Shown here one piece after another: positions 30,642 to 43,091 of a stretch of DNA of 64,000 nt. The stretch's first letter is position 1, and each line of letters starts with the position of its first letter. A program made the position numbers and the translations under genes. Location: positions 868,001 to 932,000 of the forward strand of contig OZ218964.1 in NCBI GenBank assembly GCA_965112735.1, given 5' to 3'. Under the pieces are notes generated by a model. That model was not told the origin of the DNA. It worked only from the letters and a program-made list of their open reading frames with translations, and did no database searches. This stretch comes from Phaeosaccion multiseriatum (taxonomy: Eukaryota; Protista; Ochrophyta, other classes).

Positions 30642-33600
30642 ATGCAGGGGCCTCTCCTCCCTCCTTCGTCGCGGAGGCGGCGGCGAAGCTGGGAAGATGA
30701 AAGTGCGGGCTGGGGGGCGAGGGGTGTGGAAGACGAAAGTGCAACAAGGTGGGGGGGGGAGACAGAGGGAGACAGAGGAGAAGCGGCAACAAAAACAATA
30801 GAGGTTGGGAGTCTCGGAGAGCCTCCGCCTCCTCCAGGGGCACCTTCACGGCCGTCCCACCGCCATGTGCTGTCTTGCCCCCCGGAGTGGCTAGGCCTCC
30901 AGCACAGCTTCAGCGAGGGGGGCGGGAAGCAGAGGGAGACGCTTAGCGCCGAGCACGAGCAGGACGAACACGGTGAACTGAGAAGAGTGAATCAGGTGAG
31001 TGTCACCTGCCTGACAAGCCCCCCCCCCCTTCTGCAATTAAACTCGTCTTGCTCCATTTCTTCCCCACTCCTCAGTACATTTTTATCCGTGATCTCGGTG
31101 CGGGGACCTCGGCTGAGGTGAAGCTCTGCCGCCGCTGCTCCTCACCCGGGAGGTACGTGACTTTTTCTGCTGTGACCTGACGCTGACACGCAGCTGCAGC
31201 AGCCGCCTCAACTTCCCTTGCCTTTGCGTTTGTGTATTATATATGCGCTTCCCCTCCCCCCCCCCTCCTCAGTAAGGACACACCTGCAGACGACAACGAC
31301 AACGACAACGACAATAACGACCACATGCTGGTGGCCATTAAGGTATTCAACAAGAGTATCCTCAAACGCCGCTCAAGGAGCACCACCTTCTCTTCTCGGA
31401 AGCGGCTCCTGGGAGGAGGAGTAGGAGGGGGAGGAGGAGGAGGAGGAGGAGGAGGAGGAGGAGGAGGGGCGCGAGACTCTCCGCGGGTGGGAACGAAAGG
31501 CGGTGGGGGGGCGGGGGAGGCGGGAGAACATGGTCTGAAGAAGGCAAGTACCGCTCTCTCTCAATGAAGAAAGGGCAAGTCTGAGCGGTGCTGCTTCCCC
31601 TTGCGGTGTGTGCCTCTGGCCCCTGCCCACCGTCTGCCTTCGGTTGTTTGTTTCATGTGAGCGAGTGGTGGTGGTGCCGGTCGTGGAGGTGGTGATGTGG
31701 TTGCACAGTGGGGTGAGTGCATGCCTTGCTGCCCCGCCCCCAACACAACCAACCAACCGGTGGGGCGATAGGGCGAGAAGCATGGCCGCCACACCCATGC
31801 CCCGACCATTGTCGGTCATTGTGTGGCTTCAAACTCCACTTCCCCTCACTTCGCTTCACTTGACTTGACTTGGCTTGACTTGTCTTGACAGGTGAGGCGA
31901 GAGATCGCCATTCTGAAGAAGATGAGGCACAACAACGTCGTAAAGCTCCTAGAGGTGAGTAGTTAGTTTGAGTTTGTGTGATGTCTTGCTGTTTCAGTTC
32001 AGTGCTTAGTTTCAGTTTCAAGGGATTTATCACACAAATTCGGTTAAGGGTGAGGGTGAAAAGAAGTGAACTGAACTGAAAACATTCGGATCGTTGTCAT
32101 TTGCTCGTCTCTCTCTCTCCTCTCTCTCCTCTCTCTCCCTCTCCCTCTCCCTCTCCCTCTCCCTCCGGTCTTCCTCTGTCCTCCCCTCCCTCTCCGTCTC
32201 CCTCTGTTCTGTCTCCTTGGGTGGGTGCTGACCTTTCTCCACTCGCTTGCCGTCGTCGTTACTCTGTGTTACTCACAGGTAATCGACGACCCTAAGGACG
32301 ACCTTCTCTTCGTGGTGATGGAGTATGTCAAGGGGGGAGCCGTCATGGTATGGGACGCTGTTGGGAAAGTCTACCGATGCCCTACAACGGGTGCGTCCTT
32401 CAGTCCCAGTTCCAGTTTTGTTACTGGCCCTGTACCTACCCAAAACTGAAGCATGCGATATTGATCCTCGGGTTGGTGTTAAGGTGTGAAACTGAACTGC
32501 CATCTAGTGCCATCTAGTATTCAGATTCAGTTCAGCTGCACGCCTTTCCACTGCCTTCCTTTCTCTCGCCGTCCAGGTTCGACGCTGAGCGTAACGACTG
32601 CCATCGGCTGTTTCGTCGATGTGCTGCTGGGGCTGCGCTTTCTACACTCAAATCGAGTAATACATCGAGACCTCAAGCCAGAGAGTACGTAGGGAGAGCG
32701 AGGGGGGGGCATGGTGTCAGACCGAGGACCAGGGGGACAAAGGGAGGGCGACGAAAAGCAGAGAAAGGGGGTGGGGCGGCGGTGGCACAGCAGAGGCCAC
32801 TCTACCCTCACGGCACTTCTACTTTCTCCTGAGGCTCTTCCAAACTCCCTCTCTCCCCCCTCTCCCTCTCCCTCACCCTCACTCCCTCCCCCCCCCTCTT
32901 TCTTTTCCTCTCTCGTGTGGCCCGCTCTGCTACCCTCTGCTGTATCACCAACTGCTGGTCTTGTCAGACGTTCTTATGGGGGCGGACGGAACCGCCAAAA
33001 TCGCCGACCTCGGAGGCGCCTACATCTTTGGAGACGAACATGTGAGGGAGAGAGGGAAAGAGAGGCAGAGGGTATTGTCTTTCTCCCCCTGCTGCTGCTG
33101 CTGCTGCTGCTAGTGTTTCCCGCTGGGATCTGTCAGGCTGTCTGAACACGTTTGCTGTGCTACGCCCCCGTGTGACACACTCGCCCCGACGCAGGAGACG
33201 CCACCATCGGAAGAAGTGTCAGGCGCAAACTCCTCCAATCCACACTATCTGCTGAGCAAGGCAGTGGGGACGTGGGCCTTTTGGGCACCCGAAATCGCCG
33301 CCATCGAGCTTGCCAAAATGGCCAAGGAGTCGGCAAGACCCGAAGGGGGGGCAGGAAGAGCGGCAGGCGGAGGAGCAGGAGGAGCAGCAGGAGGAGCAGG
33401 AGGAGCAGGAGGAGGAGGGGCATCAAAACGAGGGGTAGAAGGGGTAGGAGGGGCAGGAGAGGCAGGAAGGGGTGCTGACGAGGGGTTTGAAGAGGGGAGG
33501 GAAGGAGGCAGCGGCGACGGCGGCTTGGAGAGAGGCAGCACCCTCGGCAAAGAGGAGGGGGTTGAGAAGGGCGAGGAGGTGGAGGCACACGCACCCGCAT

Positions 33601-34112
33601 CACCGCTGGGGGGAGAAGGAGGGTCGACGAGGACGACCATCGCGACGTATAATGGCTGTCAGGGCGACGTGTGGGCCGCGGGGGTACTTCTTTGGGTGAT
33701 GCTGTTTGGGCATCCTCCCTTCCCAATCAGCGAGGACCCGGTAAGAGTGAGAGAGAGGGGGAGAAGGAGGAGGAGGACCCGCGCGACCTCCTTGATGGTT
33801 GGTGTGACTGCCGCGCCGCTGACCCGTCACTGTCGTTTGAACTTGTGTCGCCTTCCTCCCCGCTTTGCTTTGCTTTACTGTGGTGTGCTTTTGCTTTTCT
33901 TTGCTGCCGCCGCCGGATCGACCGAATCATAAATCGGACACACACGCACATACATACACACACACGCACACACACAGAGTGCTCTCTTCTCAAGCATCGT
34001 GCAGGAGGAGCCTCTGATGCCTGCCGCTGTTGCGAATGAGAAGAGGAAAGCGACCCCCATCAACGGCGAGACTGTCTCGCTCCTGGTCAGTAGCAGCCCA
34101 TTTCCTAACAGC

Positions 34113-34197
<85 letters not shown>

Positions 34198-34615
34198 CAA
34201 GTAGTAGCTTGTTTCCTCTCTGCTCCATCTTGCCTACCCATGTTCCTGCCTTTCTACTTTCCTCCTTGCCTGCCTGCTTACCTGCCTGCCTGCCTGCTTG
34301 CCTGCCTTTTCTGCCTGCCCATACGCCTGCCTCGCTGTCTGTGTGCCTACCTCTGTCCCTCTGTCCCTGCTACCTGCCTATCCACCTCACCCCTCCTCTC
34401 CTGTCTCCCCCGCCCCCCTCCCAATCACACCAGAGAGGCCTGTTGGAAAAGAAGCCCGGCGACCGCTTGACTGTGCAAGCAGCCCTGCACCATCCCGGCC
34501 TCAGAAACCTCGTCAGGAAAGACGGCAAGATGGCACTGGACGACGCCTTCAGCACCACCCAGGTACATGTGCGTAAGAGTTTACGTGTCTTATGCACGGG
34601 ATGTGTGACGCCCGC

Positions 34616-34666
<51 letters not shown>

Positions 34667-36752
34667 TGTTGGTCTCTGTTGTGCTGCCATGGCTGCTGCT
34701 GATCACTTATTGCTGCTACTGCTGTATCACCTACTTCTATTCCTGTTGCCAGCCGGTGGAGGTGACGGACGTGGAGGTGTCAAACGCGATCGAGGGAGTG
34801 AATCACCTCTTCATGCTCGCCCTCGTCAAGCAACGCCTGAGAAGTCGTCTACAACGGGTGAGTGAGGAAAGAGTAGAACAAGAGAGAGGGAAGAGACAAG
34901 AGAGAGAGAAGAGAGAGCGTTGTGGGTACTTGGGGGTTGGAAGAGGCGAGAGGGTGGCGGGGGGAAGGAGAGAGGGGAAAGAGAGAGAGAGAGAGTAGTG
35001 AGTAGGTGGGGTTGGGAGGGGTGAGAGGGAAACTAGGCGAAGGGAGGCAGGGAGAGAGAAGCGGGGGGGAAGAAAGGAAAGAAAAGGGGTGGAAGAAAAG
35101 TGGATGGGGGAAAGAAAGAAACTAGCCCCCCCCCCCCCCAAACGCTACTGATTGTACTGTCGTTGTGCTGTCGTATTTATGTCCTCTCTATGCTCCTTCC
35201 CTGCTGTTGCCGCTGTACCACCAATTGCTGATACTGCTGCTACTGCTGCTGCTCCGGCTGCTGCGGCTGCTTGCAGGCCCGAGAGAACATTCGGAGCCGC
35301 ACCGTGCGCCAAGAAGGGACGGCAACGACAACGGCAAGTGCAAAGGCAACGGCTGCGTCGACAGCGCAGACGGCCGAGGATGGGCAAGAGGGTAGGCAAG
35401 AGGCGGATGAGACAGAGAGGGGAACACGGTCACGGTCGTACGTCTTCGCTTGTTTGAACACCGGCGCCAGCACCAGCAGCGGCCAGGGCAGCAGCCTCAG
35501 CACGCTGTCCGAGATGTCGGCAGATCAGCACCACCCTTCAGCAGTTGGTGGTACGGCAGGTACGGCAGGACGTTCTGCAGCCCCCCTTCGCTGCCATCTC
35601 AGCCGAATGGAAAGGACGATGTCCGAATCAGACTCTTGTGCTTGGGTTCTTACCGACTTGGGGCCGTCGTCGTCGTCGCCCCATGGGGGGAAGTGGTGCC
35701 CGGGGGGGAGGAGACTGTCGTCCCCTAGGGAGAGAAGGCTGTCGTCCCCGGGGGCGAGGCTGCTGTCCCAGGGCGGTGGGGGAAGGCAAGAAACACAACA
35801 ACGAGCACAGGGGGGTGCACTGCTATCCAGGGGGCTGCCCAAGGGGGTAAGTGGTACTCTCTGTGCTTCCCCCCCTCCTTCTCCTGCTGCTGCTCCTGCT
35901 CCTGCTGCTGCTGCTACTGGTACTACTGCTACTGCTGGTGCTGCTGCTGAAGAGGAGAATTCCGTCAGGAGTAGTGCGTCTTCTTGTAGTCCGAGGGAAG
36001 GGCAGAGCGGCAGCGGCGGCGGTGCTATCGAGGAGGGTGGGGCGGTGGAAGTTGGAACATCAGCAGCAGCAGCAGCAATAGCACCAGCAGCAGCAACAGC
36101 AATTGATGATACAGCAGAGCGGGTGATGCCAGAGGGCCAAGAGCAGAACGATGGGGAGGACGAGAAACAGCAGCAGCAGCTGCAGTTGGTGATACAAGAG
36201 CAGCAGCAGCGGCCAAAGGCCAAGCCGCTGGCAATACAGGTGCTGCTGACTCGGGAGGCGAGGGATAGAATGCGCTTGTATTCGCCGAATGCACACCTAC
36301 CACCCGCAGCAGTTGGTGATACAGCAGCAGCAGCAGCTGTGCGGGGATCGCTGCCAGAGGGGAGCGCTGGCGCCGGTGGTGGTGGAGAGGAGGGCGTCGA
36401 GCCTGTGATGCAGCAGGAGGAGCAGCCGCAGCAGGTAGATGAAGCTTCTTCCGGCGGTAGGGAAGTCGCCATCCCGGCTGGTGTTGCTTCTGCTGTATCA
36501 CCAACTGCTGGTGCAGCACCGCCAACCGAGGGTCCAGTCGGAACGTTACAGGTCCGTCATCATTACCCCGAAGGATCGGGGTCGGCTTCGACGGGGGTCT
36601 CAAGCTCCCCGACTGGACATGCACCGAGTGGGTATCCACGAGACCACCCAAGCGCGCCAATGGATCAGGACGAGGGCAAGGGCAAGAAGAGACGGCCATT
36701 GGGCTCATCCTCTGACCTTGGCCCCAGGACTGCCTGTTGTAGCGTCATGTGA
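30642..36752 (+). CDS. CaMKK/GRIK/LKB1-family Ser/Thr kinase with a C-terminal CaaX box
   Basis: VNQY..LGAGTSAEVKL, VAIKVFNK, REIAILKKMRHNNVVKLLEVIDDP, HRDLKPENVL, KIADLG, GTWAFWAPE, DVWAAGV; ends CCSVM*. Confidence 0.88.
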
Positions 36753-37703
36753 AGTAAGCAGCGAGTCTCCTCTCTCTCTCCAAGGGAGAAACAGACAGAG
36801 GCATGTGGAGGCATATGGAGGTATACATACATACATACGTGCATGTTATGTTAGGGTATGGAGGTAGAGGCTTCCCACCATGGCACAGAGGAGAGCAGAG
36901 TGGAGGTGTATAGGCGCGGAGCAGAGCAAGAGTGAGCATTGAACACTATTCTCCCAATGGTATGGTACTTACTCAACAGACGTATCGATGGAACATTTTT
37001 TTTTATGTGTATATGGTACTTACTTAACAGAACGTATAGATGGATCAAATGATAATACGTATATATACGAGTAATCCCTGACTCTAAAAGACACCCTTAA
37101 AACCCGGTTCCCTCAGTTCAGTGCGACTAATGTTAAGAAAGAGAAAGGGGATTTACCTTGCCAACCCGTACCCGGGACGTGAAACAAAAACTGCTCGACT
37201 CGGCGATGGAGGCGTTTGAGGGGGGGGGGGGGGGTGCCTAGGCCCACACCCACCCCCCTTTTGACCCTCCTGGCCCTTACGTAAGAAACAAGAGTTTCAA
37301 TTTGCTAGGTTTTCACTTTTGCAGGGCCATACATTGTAGAACTGATCTTTATCCCCGGCATTCAACTTGTCTTCAAACGAGGGAAACACGATGCGCATGC
37401 TCATCATGCTCAAACTCGCTAAAACACTTGTTTGGGGTGGAAGAGGGGGGGGGCTACGGAAGCCGCATGTGTCGCACCACACCTGGCTCCCGAGCTTGCC
37501 TCCGGTGTGTGCGCGTATGTGTGTGTGTGCCACTTGAGTGAGAACAAACACGGCTCCGTCTGGCGGACATACGTGCCAGAAAGAAAAGAGCGGAGAACGA
37601 GCCCAAGTAAGTCCCTGAACAAAGCATCTACACTACACCCAAGCCATAAGCCTCGGGCTCCCTTGGCTCCTGCTGCTGGGGCGCAAGACTCTCTCTCGAT
37701 GAG

Positions 37704-40531
37704 TCAGTCAGTCTTAGAGGAGGGGGAGGAGGGGGAGGATGGCTTGACCGCTTGTGACTCAACACTGGCCATGTACCTGCATACATCATACGATACAGGT
37801 CACAGTTGGCGCACGAGGAGAGAGAGCGCGGCCGAGGGAGGGGGAAGAAAACAAAAGCGAATGTCAGGACACCCCCCTTGCTGGTGTTCTGGCAAGTACC
37901 CCCCTGGGGATCCATACCTGTTCCGTCTCTCTCTCTGTCACTCACACACACACACACACACACATTCTCTCATTCTTCTTCTCTCGCTCTGTCACTTGAT
38001 CTCTCTCTATGTATGTGCTTGTGCGTCCACACGAGCACCACCCCCCCCCCCCCCTCCTTCCCTCTCCTATCGCCATACCTCCTGGAGAACACTTCAATGT
38101 AATAAGCGCCCCCATTGTGCACAGCAATGGCGAAAATGAAGAAGATGAAGAGGACGTTAGCCGTGAAGCTCAGCAGCAGCAGAGAAGCCGGCAGCATGGT
38201 GAGCAGCGTATAGAGGAACTGAGAGAACATGAAGATGAGCTGCAGGGGGAGAGGGGAGGAGGGCGAGGGGGAGAGGGGGGCGGGGTTTCGGCTTTAGGCT
38301 TGGGTTGGGTTGGATACACGCACCCACACACACACGTGCGCACACGCACACACACTTGCCTGTGTCTTGAGCTGCCTGTGGTCCATGTGCTCGTCAGAGC
38401 CAAGTAGCCCCAGCCGGCGGCACACCGTCAGGGTCCCTGTTGTTGAGCAGCAGGTGGTGATACAGCAAGGCACGGAGGCAGACGAAGATTTAGTAGGAGA
38501 GACCCCTTCCAGCGGACAATAAGACACCTACCCATATCCAAGCCACAACGTCAACTGCCCCCCCCGACCCAAGCCAGTGCGTGTACCTCGATACATTCCG
38601 CTCTTCCTGTCCGAGGTCATCCAGCGCAAACTCGTTTGAATCTCGGGGTCCGAGTCCAGTCGCTCCTGGAGGGGCACCAGCAGAGAGAGGCATATGGGTA
38701 GAGTGTAGGCAGCATAACGGACAAGCAGAGGCATTACGGGCAGAGTAGAGGCGTAATGGAAGAGCAGAGACATATGGGCAGCGCATGACAGACGTCGGAT
38801 GATGCAGGGCCAGGGCGGAGGGGAGATTGAAAGGGAGTAACGAGAAAGGAAACAAGCCTGAGCAGCCTCTCTTTCTATACTTCTGCCCTACCTTGTCGAA
38901 CACCTCCGTCTTTATCCAGTACGCCAACTGCCACCCCAGGTACAACAGCACCGACAAGCCGATGTCCTTGGGTCCCACGGCACCGCACACCTCCGCCGAC
39001 AGTTGTGAGTACAGCGGGTACCAGCGCATTGTCAGCACCAACCAGCCCGGGAACATGTGGATGAACACGCTGGTCATCTGCGAGGCAGGCAGGTGTCAGG
39101 TGTTGGGCGTTTGTTTGGGTGTGACGTGTGAAAGTGTATGGGCAGGTACCCACCGGGAGGGGGAGAGAGAGATGGAAGGGACGACGGTTCAACAGCGGCA
39201 GCAGCAGCATCAGCAGTAGCAGTTGGTGATGCAGCAAAGCAACAAGGGCCTCTGATTCCCTGCCGTTAAGGAGAGATTCTTTCGGTGGCGGTCGGTTGGT
39301 CGGTCCCCCCCCTCCACCCCAGACATCCACACACTCATAACACACACACATACCTTTTCAAAGTCGTGAAAGACGAGTGAGTTCCTCCAGATGAGAATGG
39401 CCCAGGCAAGGGGGCCGTTGGCGAACAACGCCACACTCTGTGTAAACAGATGGATGGCAGTGGGTGGTCGGGCCAGGTCCGTGGGTGTGTGGTTGGGTGA
39501 GTGAGCGAAGGATGGGGGGGAGGGGCCCAGGGGGCAGGAGGTAGGGGGTAGCGGTGGTAGACGTGTGGTATGGAAGCGGGTTTCGGTACGGAGGGAGTGT
39601 TCTGCCTCCTTCCTTCCTTCCTTCCTTCCTTCCTTACTTCCTTACTTCCTTACTTCCGACCGACCGACTTAACACGATCCATGCGGCACCTTCCGCAACA
39701 CGACTATATGCCTCGCCTGAGCGCTCTCTACAGCTCTCCCTAACTGGCTGGTCCCCTACCCCTCACCTTGTACAGTGAGCAGCTGGTGGGCATGCCGAAG
39801 ACAAGCACCCCGCACAGGATTTGCTCAAAGTAGCAGAAGTCAAGCACAAAGTTCTCCCATTTCTTGGATCGGTAGTAGAGGTAGCGCTGATGGGAATACG
39901 GGCACAGAGACACACACACATACACACAGGAGGAGGAGGAGGAGATGGGGGAGGAGGAGGAGGAGGAAGAGGAGGAGGAGGAGGAGGGGGAGGAGGAGGA
40001 GGAGGAGGAGGAGGAGGAGGAGGAGGAGGAGGAGAAGGAGGAGAAGGAGGAGAAGGAGGAGGAGGAGGAGGAGGAGGAGGAGGAGGAGGAGGAGGAGGAG
40101 GAGGAGGAGGAGGAGGAGGAGGAGGAGGAGGAGGAGGAGGAGGAGGAGGAGGAGGAGGAGGAGGAGGAGGAGGAGGAGGAGAAGAAGAAGGTAACGCTTG
40201 AGGTGAGGCCGGGCGGGCGGGGACAGGGCGACGCATTCATCCCTCCCTTTCTTCGTACCGTGAGCAGAAGGGTGGGCTGTACAATGGAGAAGAGCACCCA
40301 AAAGTAGCCCGGCTTCTCCAGTAACACGTACTCGCTGATGACAATGGTCAGCACGCCCGTTGTGAAGCTCATCTTGTCGAGTAGCCGAGTCATGCGGGGC
40401 TCTCTCTTCTTCTCCAGAATGTGATCGCGCACCCTGAGGGGAGGGGGGGGGGTGGAGGAGGTAAGGGGAGGGGGGTGAGGGAGTGCGAGGGGGAGGGGGA
40501 TCGGGAGAAGAGGAGGAGGAGGGGAGGCGGG

Positions 40532-40568
<37 letters not shown>

Positions 40569-41387
40569 GTCACCACCACAATCATAATCATCGTCGTCGT
40601 TGTCGTCGTGTCTCTCTCGCTCTTTCTCCCTGGCGCATACCTCGTGTTTTCATCGCCCGTCACCGTTTCTCGGAACCGCCGTCGAAGCTCCTGTGCGGCG
40701 TGGGAAAAGGCAAAAACCAAGCCCGGAAGTCAATGAAGAAGTCGGGAAGAATGGCGATAGATACCGAGAGAGAGCACGGTCAGCACGACCACGGCACCGA
40801 AGGGCAGACAGGCTTGGCTTGGGCTTTCAAGCCCTTGTCCTTTTCCTTCGTCGCACGCTACACTACCATCCTCCTCACCACCCTTCCGCACAGCCGAATG
40901 CACTCACCACCCGCCCACCCCACCCACCCACCCACCCACCTGGCCCTTGGCTTCTAGTGGTCGGGTGAGCATCTTCCGGCTCTCCTCAATCGTACTGAGC
41001 ACTTTGTTCTTGATCGCGCCTCCGTCTTGAGTGCTCAGGTCCTGTAAAACGGCATGACCAAAGATAGACAAAACTACTCAGAAGGATGGGGGATTCGATG
41101 GGGGGAGTGGTGTGACTCCCTCTACCTGAAGGTCGTTGAGCACCCTCTGCAGCTGCGTTACGAGAGAATCGCTGCTCCCATCCCTGCCACGAGTTTCGAT
41201 GGAGCTGCAGCTGCTGCGCGCCCTGTTGTGTGCGAAAAGCGCTTGTTACAGAGCGAAGATACAACTTGCAGCTGCAACCAGGAGCACAGGATAGCACAGC
41301 CTCTTTCTCCATTCTACCAATCACACACCTTCTCCGTCTGGACCCATCGGTTCCTGACGGCTCGGCCTTGTGGCTGCCGCCGTCCAT
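37704..41387 (-). CDS. GPC1: Glycerophosphocholine acyltransferase (GPCAT, DUF2838 family)
   Basis: [82 protein letters not shown]. Exons join in frame. Confidence 0.88.
39928..40190. repeat. (GGA)n intronic microsatellite
   Basis: Directly visible; source of several spurious ORFs. Confidence 0.9.
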
Positions 41388-41554
41388 CCTCCTCCCTCTC
41401 CGCTTTGACTCAGCCTTTTTTTTTTTTTTTTTTTTTTTAATTTAACTGTGAGCAGTTCGGCATCGGGTGCCATCTAGCCGCCTGCCATCCAAAAAGCCGT
41501 TACGTTGTGTAACGTCCAAAAAGAAAAAGATCCAAAAGCCAGCCCAACAAGTTG

Positions 41555-41641
41555 TCGACCCCTGACACGCTATCCGCTATCCGCTATCGCCGGCGCGCTA
41601 TCCGCTATCGAGAAAGTGGGCGATGGCGTGTCAGGGGTCGA
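41555..41641. mobile_element. 87-bp mini inverted-repeat element with a possible 8-bp TSD
   Basis: Perfect 16-bp IR TCGACCCCTGACACGC/GCGTGTCAGGGGTCGA; flanks ACAAGTTG and ACAAGTGG; internal GCTATCC repeats. Confidence 0.6.
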
Positions 41642-42161
41642 ACAAGTGGACATCCCGTGTGCGTGTGGGTGTGAGCCGGGCGGCAGAGGGACGTGTTGCC
41701 GAGAACAGCGCGCGCGGTGTCTGGTTGGGTTTGGATAATACATTGACTGTCCGAAAGAACACACAGCGGTTGTGTACGTCCCCGGCCGCCAGGTTCGGGC
41801 GGAGCTGAGGCGTCCGCCATGCCCTCCCCCCGTGACGCGGAATGCGGCAGAACAAACGCCCAGCGACAGGGATTGTGGTGAGGATGCGAGAGTTCCAGTC
41901 TCGCTACGTTGCCACGTGTGGGGCCGCTACCTCCCTTTGCATAAGAGTAGGAAAGTACCCCCAAGATGAGCGCTGCGTTCCGGCCCCGGTCCCAATAGAG
42001 AAGAGAGAAAAGTCCAGTGCTGGCACCAACAAGTGTATTTTTTTTAAAAAGTAACAAGGGCTATCCCACCCTAAGACCCAGAAAGCTTCCCTTGGTTTAA
42101 GGAAGCTTTCCAATTGGTCTTTACGGGTCCACGAATGCGCTTCGCTCAGAGACCAAATTCG

Positions 42162-43051
42162 CTCTCTCGCTTTCTCTGCCCCTTTGCAGGCCTAGTCCTC
42201 GAAGCTCGCATTGAATGGAGCAAACACTCCACCGCACCAGCGAGCTAAGTCCTTTTGTCAAAGCGCTCCCTTCCCCCCTTGCCCGGCCCTTCTTTCACAG
42301 ATGAACGCAATTAACGTCCGCTCATCTTCCCTTGCTCGCTTGTTCACTCGCCCACCATTCACGCCATCTCGCGCGTTCTCTCCTCTCTGCCCCGCCCACC
42401 CCAGCCAGCTTGCCAAAAGCGGCAATACGTTGCCGCCTTCCTTCCTCCTCCCTTGGTGAGCTTAGCTAGGGCGCAGTCTTGAGGGGAGGTAGCGGATATG
42501 GGCTAAGCCCAGTTGAGCTCTCCCTCTCAGTCTTCATTCAAGCTGCGTCTCTACGAGCGTCCTCACGTCATTTCTGTGCCGACGCTGTCTTCAGCCCAAA
42601 GTAGTGTAGCGCCCTTGTGCGTCCCGGCGACGGTGCCGCGCCAAGTACACGGCAATGCGAATGATTAGTCCGCACCCAAGACCAAAAGCTATCGACAGGT
42701 CATGGGCAAATTTCTTTTGCACTTTTCTTTGCTCCTTCACGGACTCATTCCTGTAGTACTCATCCACGGCCTGCTGCCACTGTTTGTCCTCGGCCTGCTG
42801 CCACTGCCGGTCGTCGTAGCGCATCATCTCGGCCATGGTAGTGGTGCTGAGCGGCGGCGGGATGCTGCTGTCTGTGAGGGGCGGTTGGTCCTCGCCCGTC
42901 ATCTGTGAAGTGGACGAGAAGCTCCCGGGCAGCAGCGTACCGGGCGCTTCGAAGGTGGGGTCGAGAGCACATACCATTAGCGCCACCATGGCCCAATCGC
43001 TGTACATGCTGCTCAGATGGACGAGGGACGAGGGACGATGACAGCAAATGG

Positions 43052-43091
<40 letters not shown>

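Noticed and set aside
36962-37046. Two ~35-bp direct repeats TATGGTACTTACT..
   Set aside because: Local duplication in 3' intergenic DNA with no other copies or structure seen.
39740-40307. Poly-Pro/Ser/Glu/Gly/Arg ORFs
   Set aside because: Stop-free (GGA)n intronic microsatellite in the GPCAT gene.
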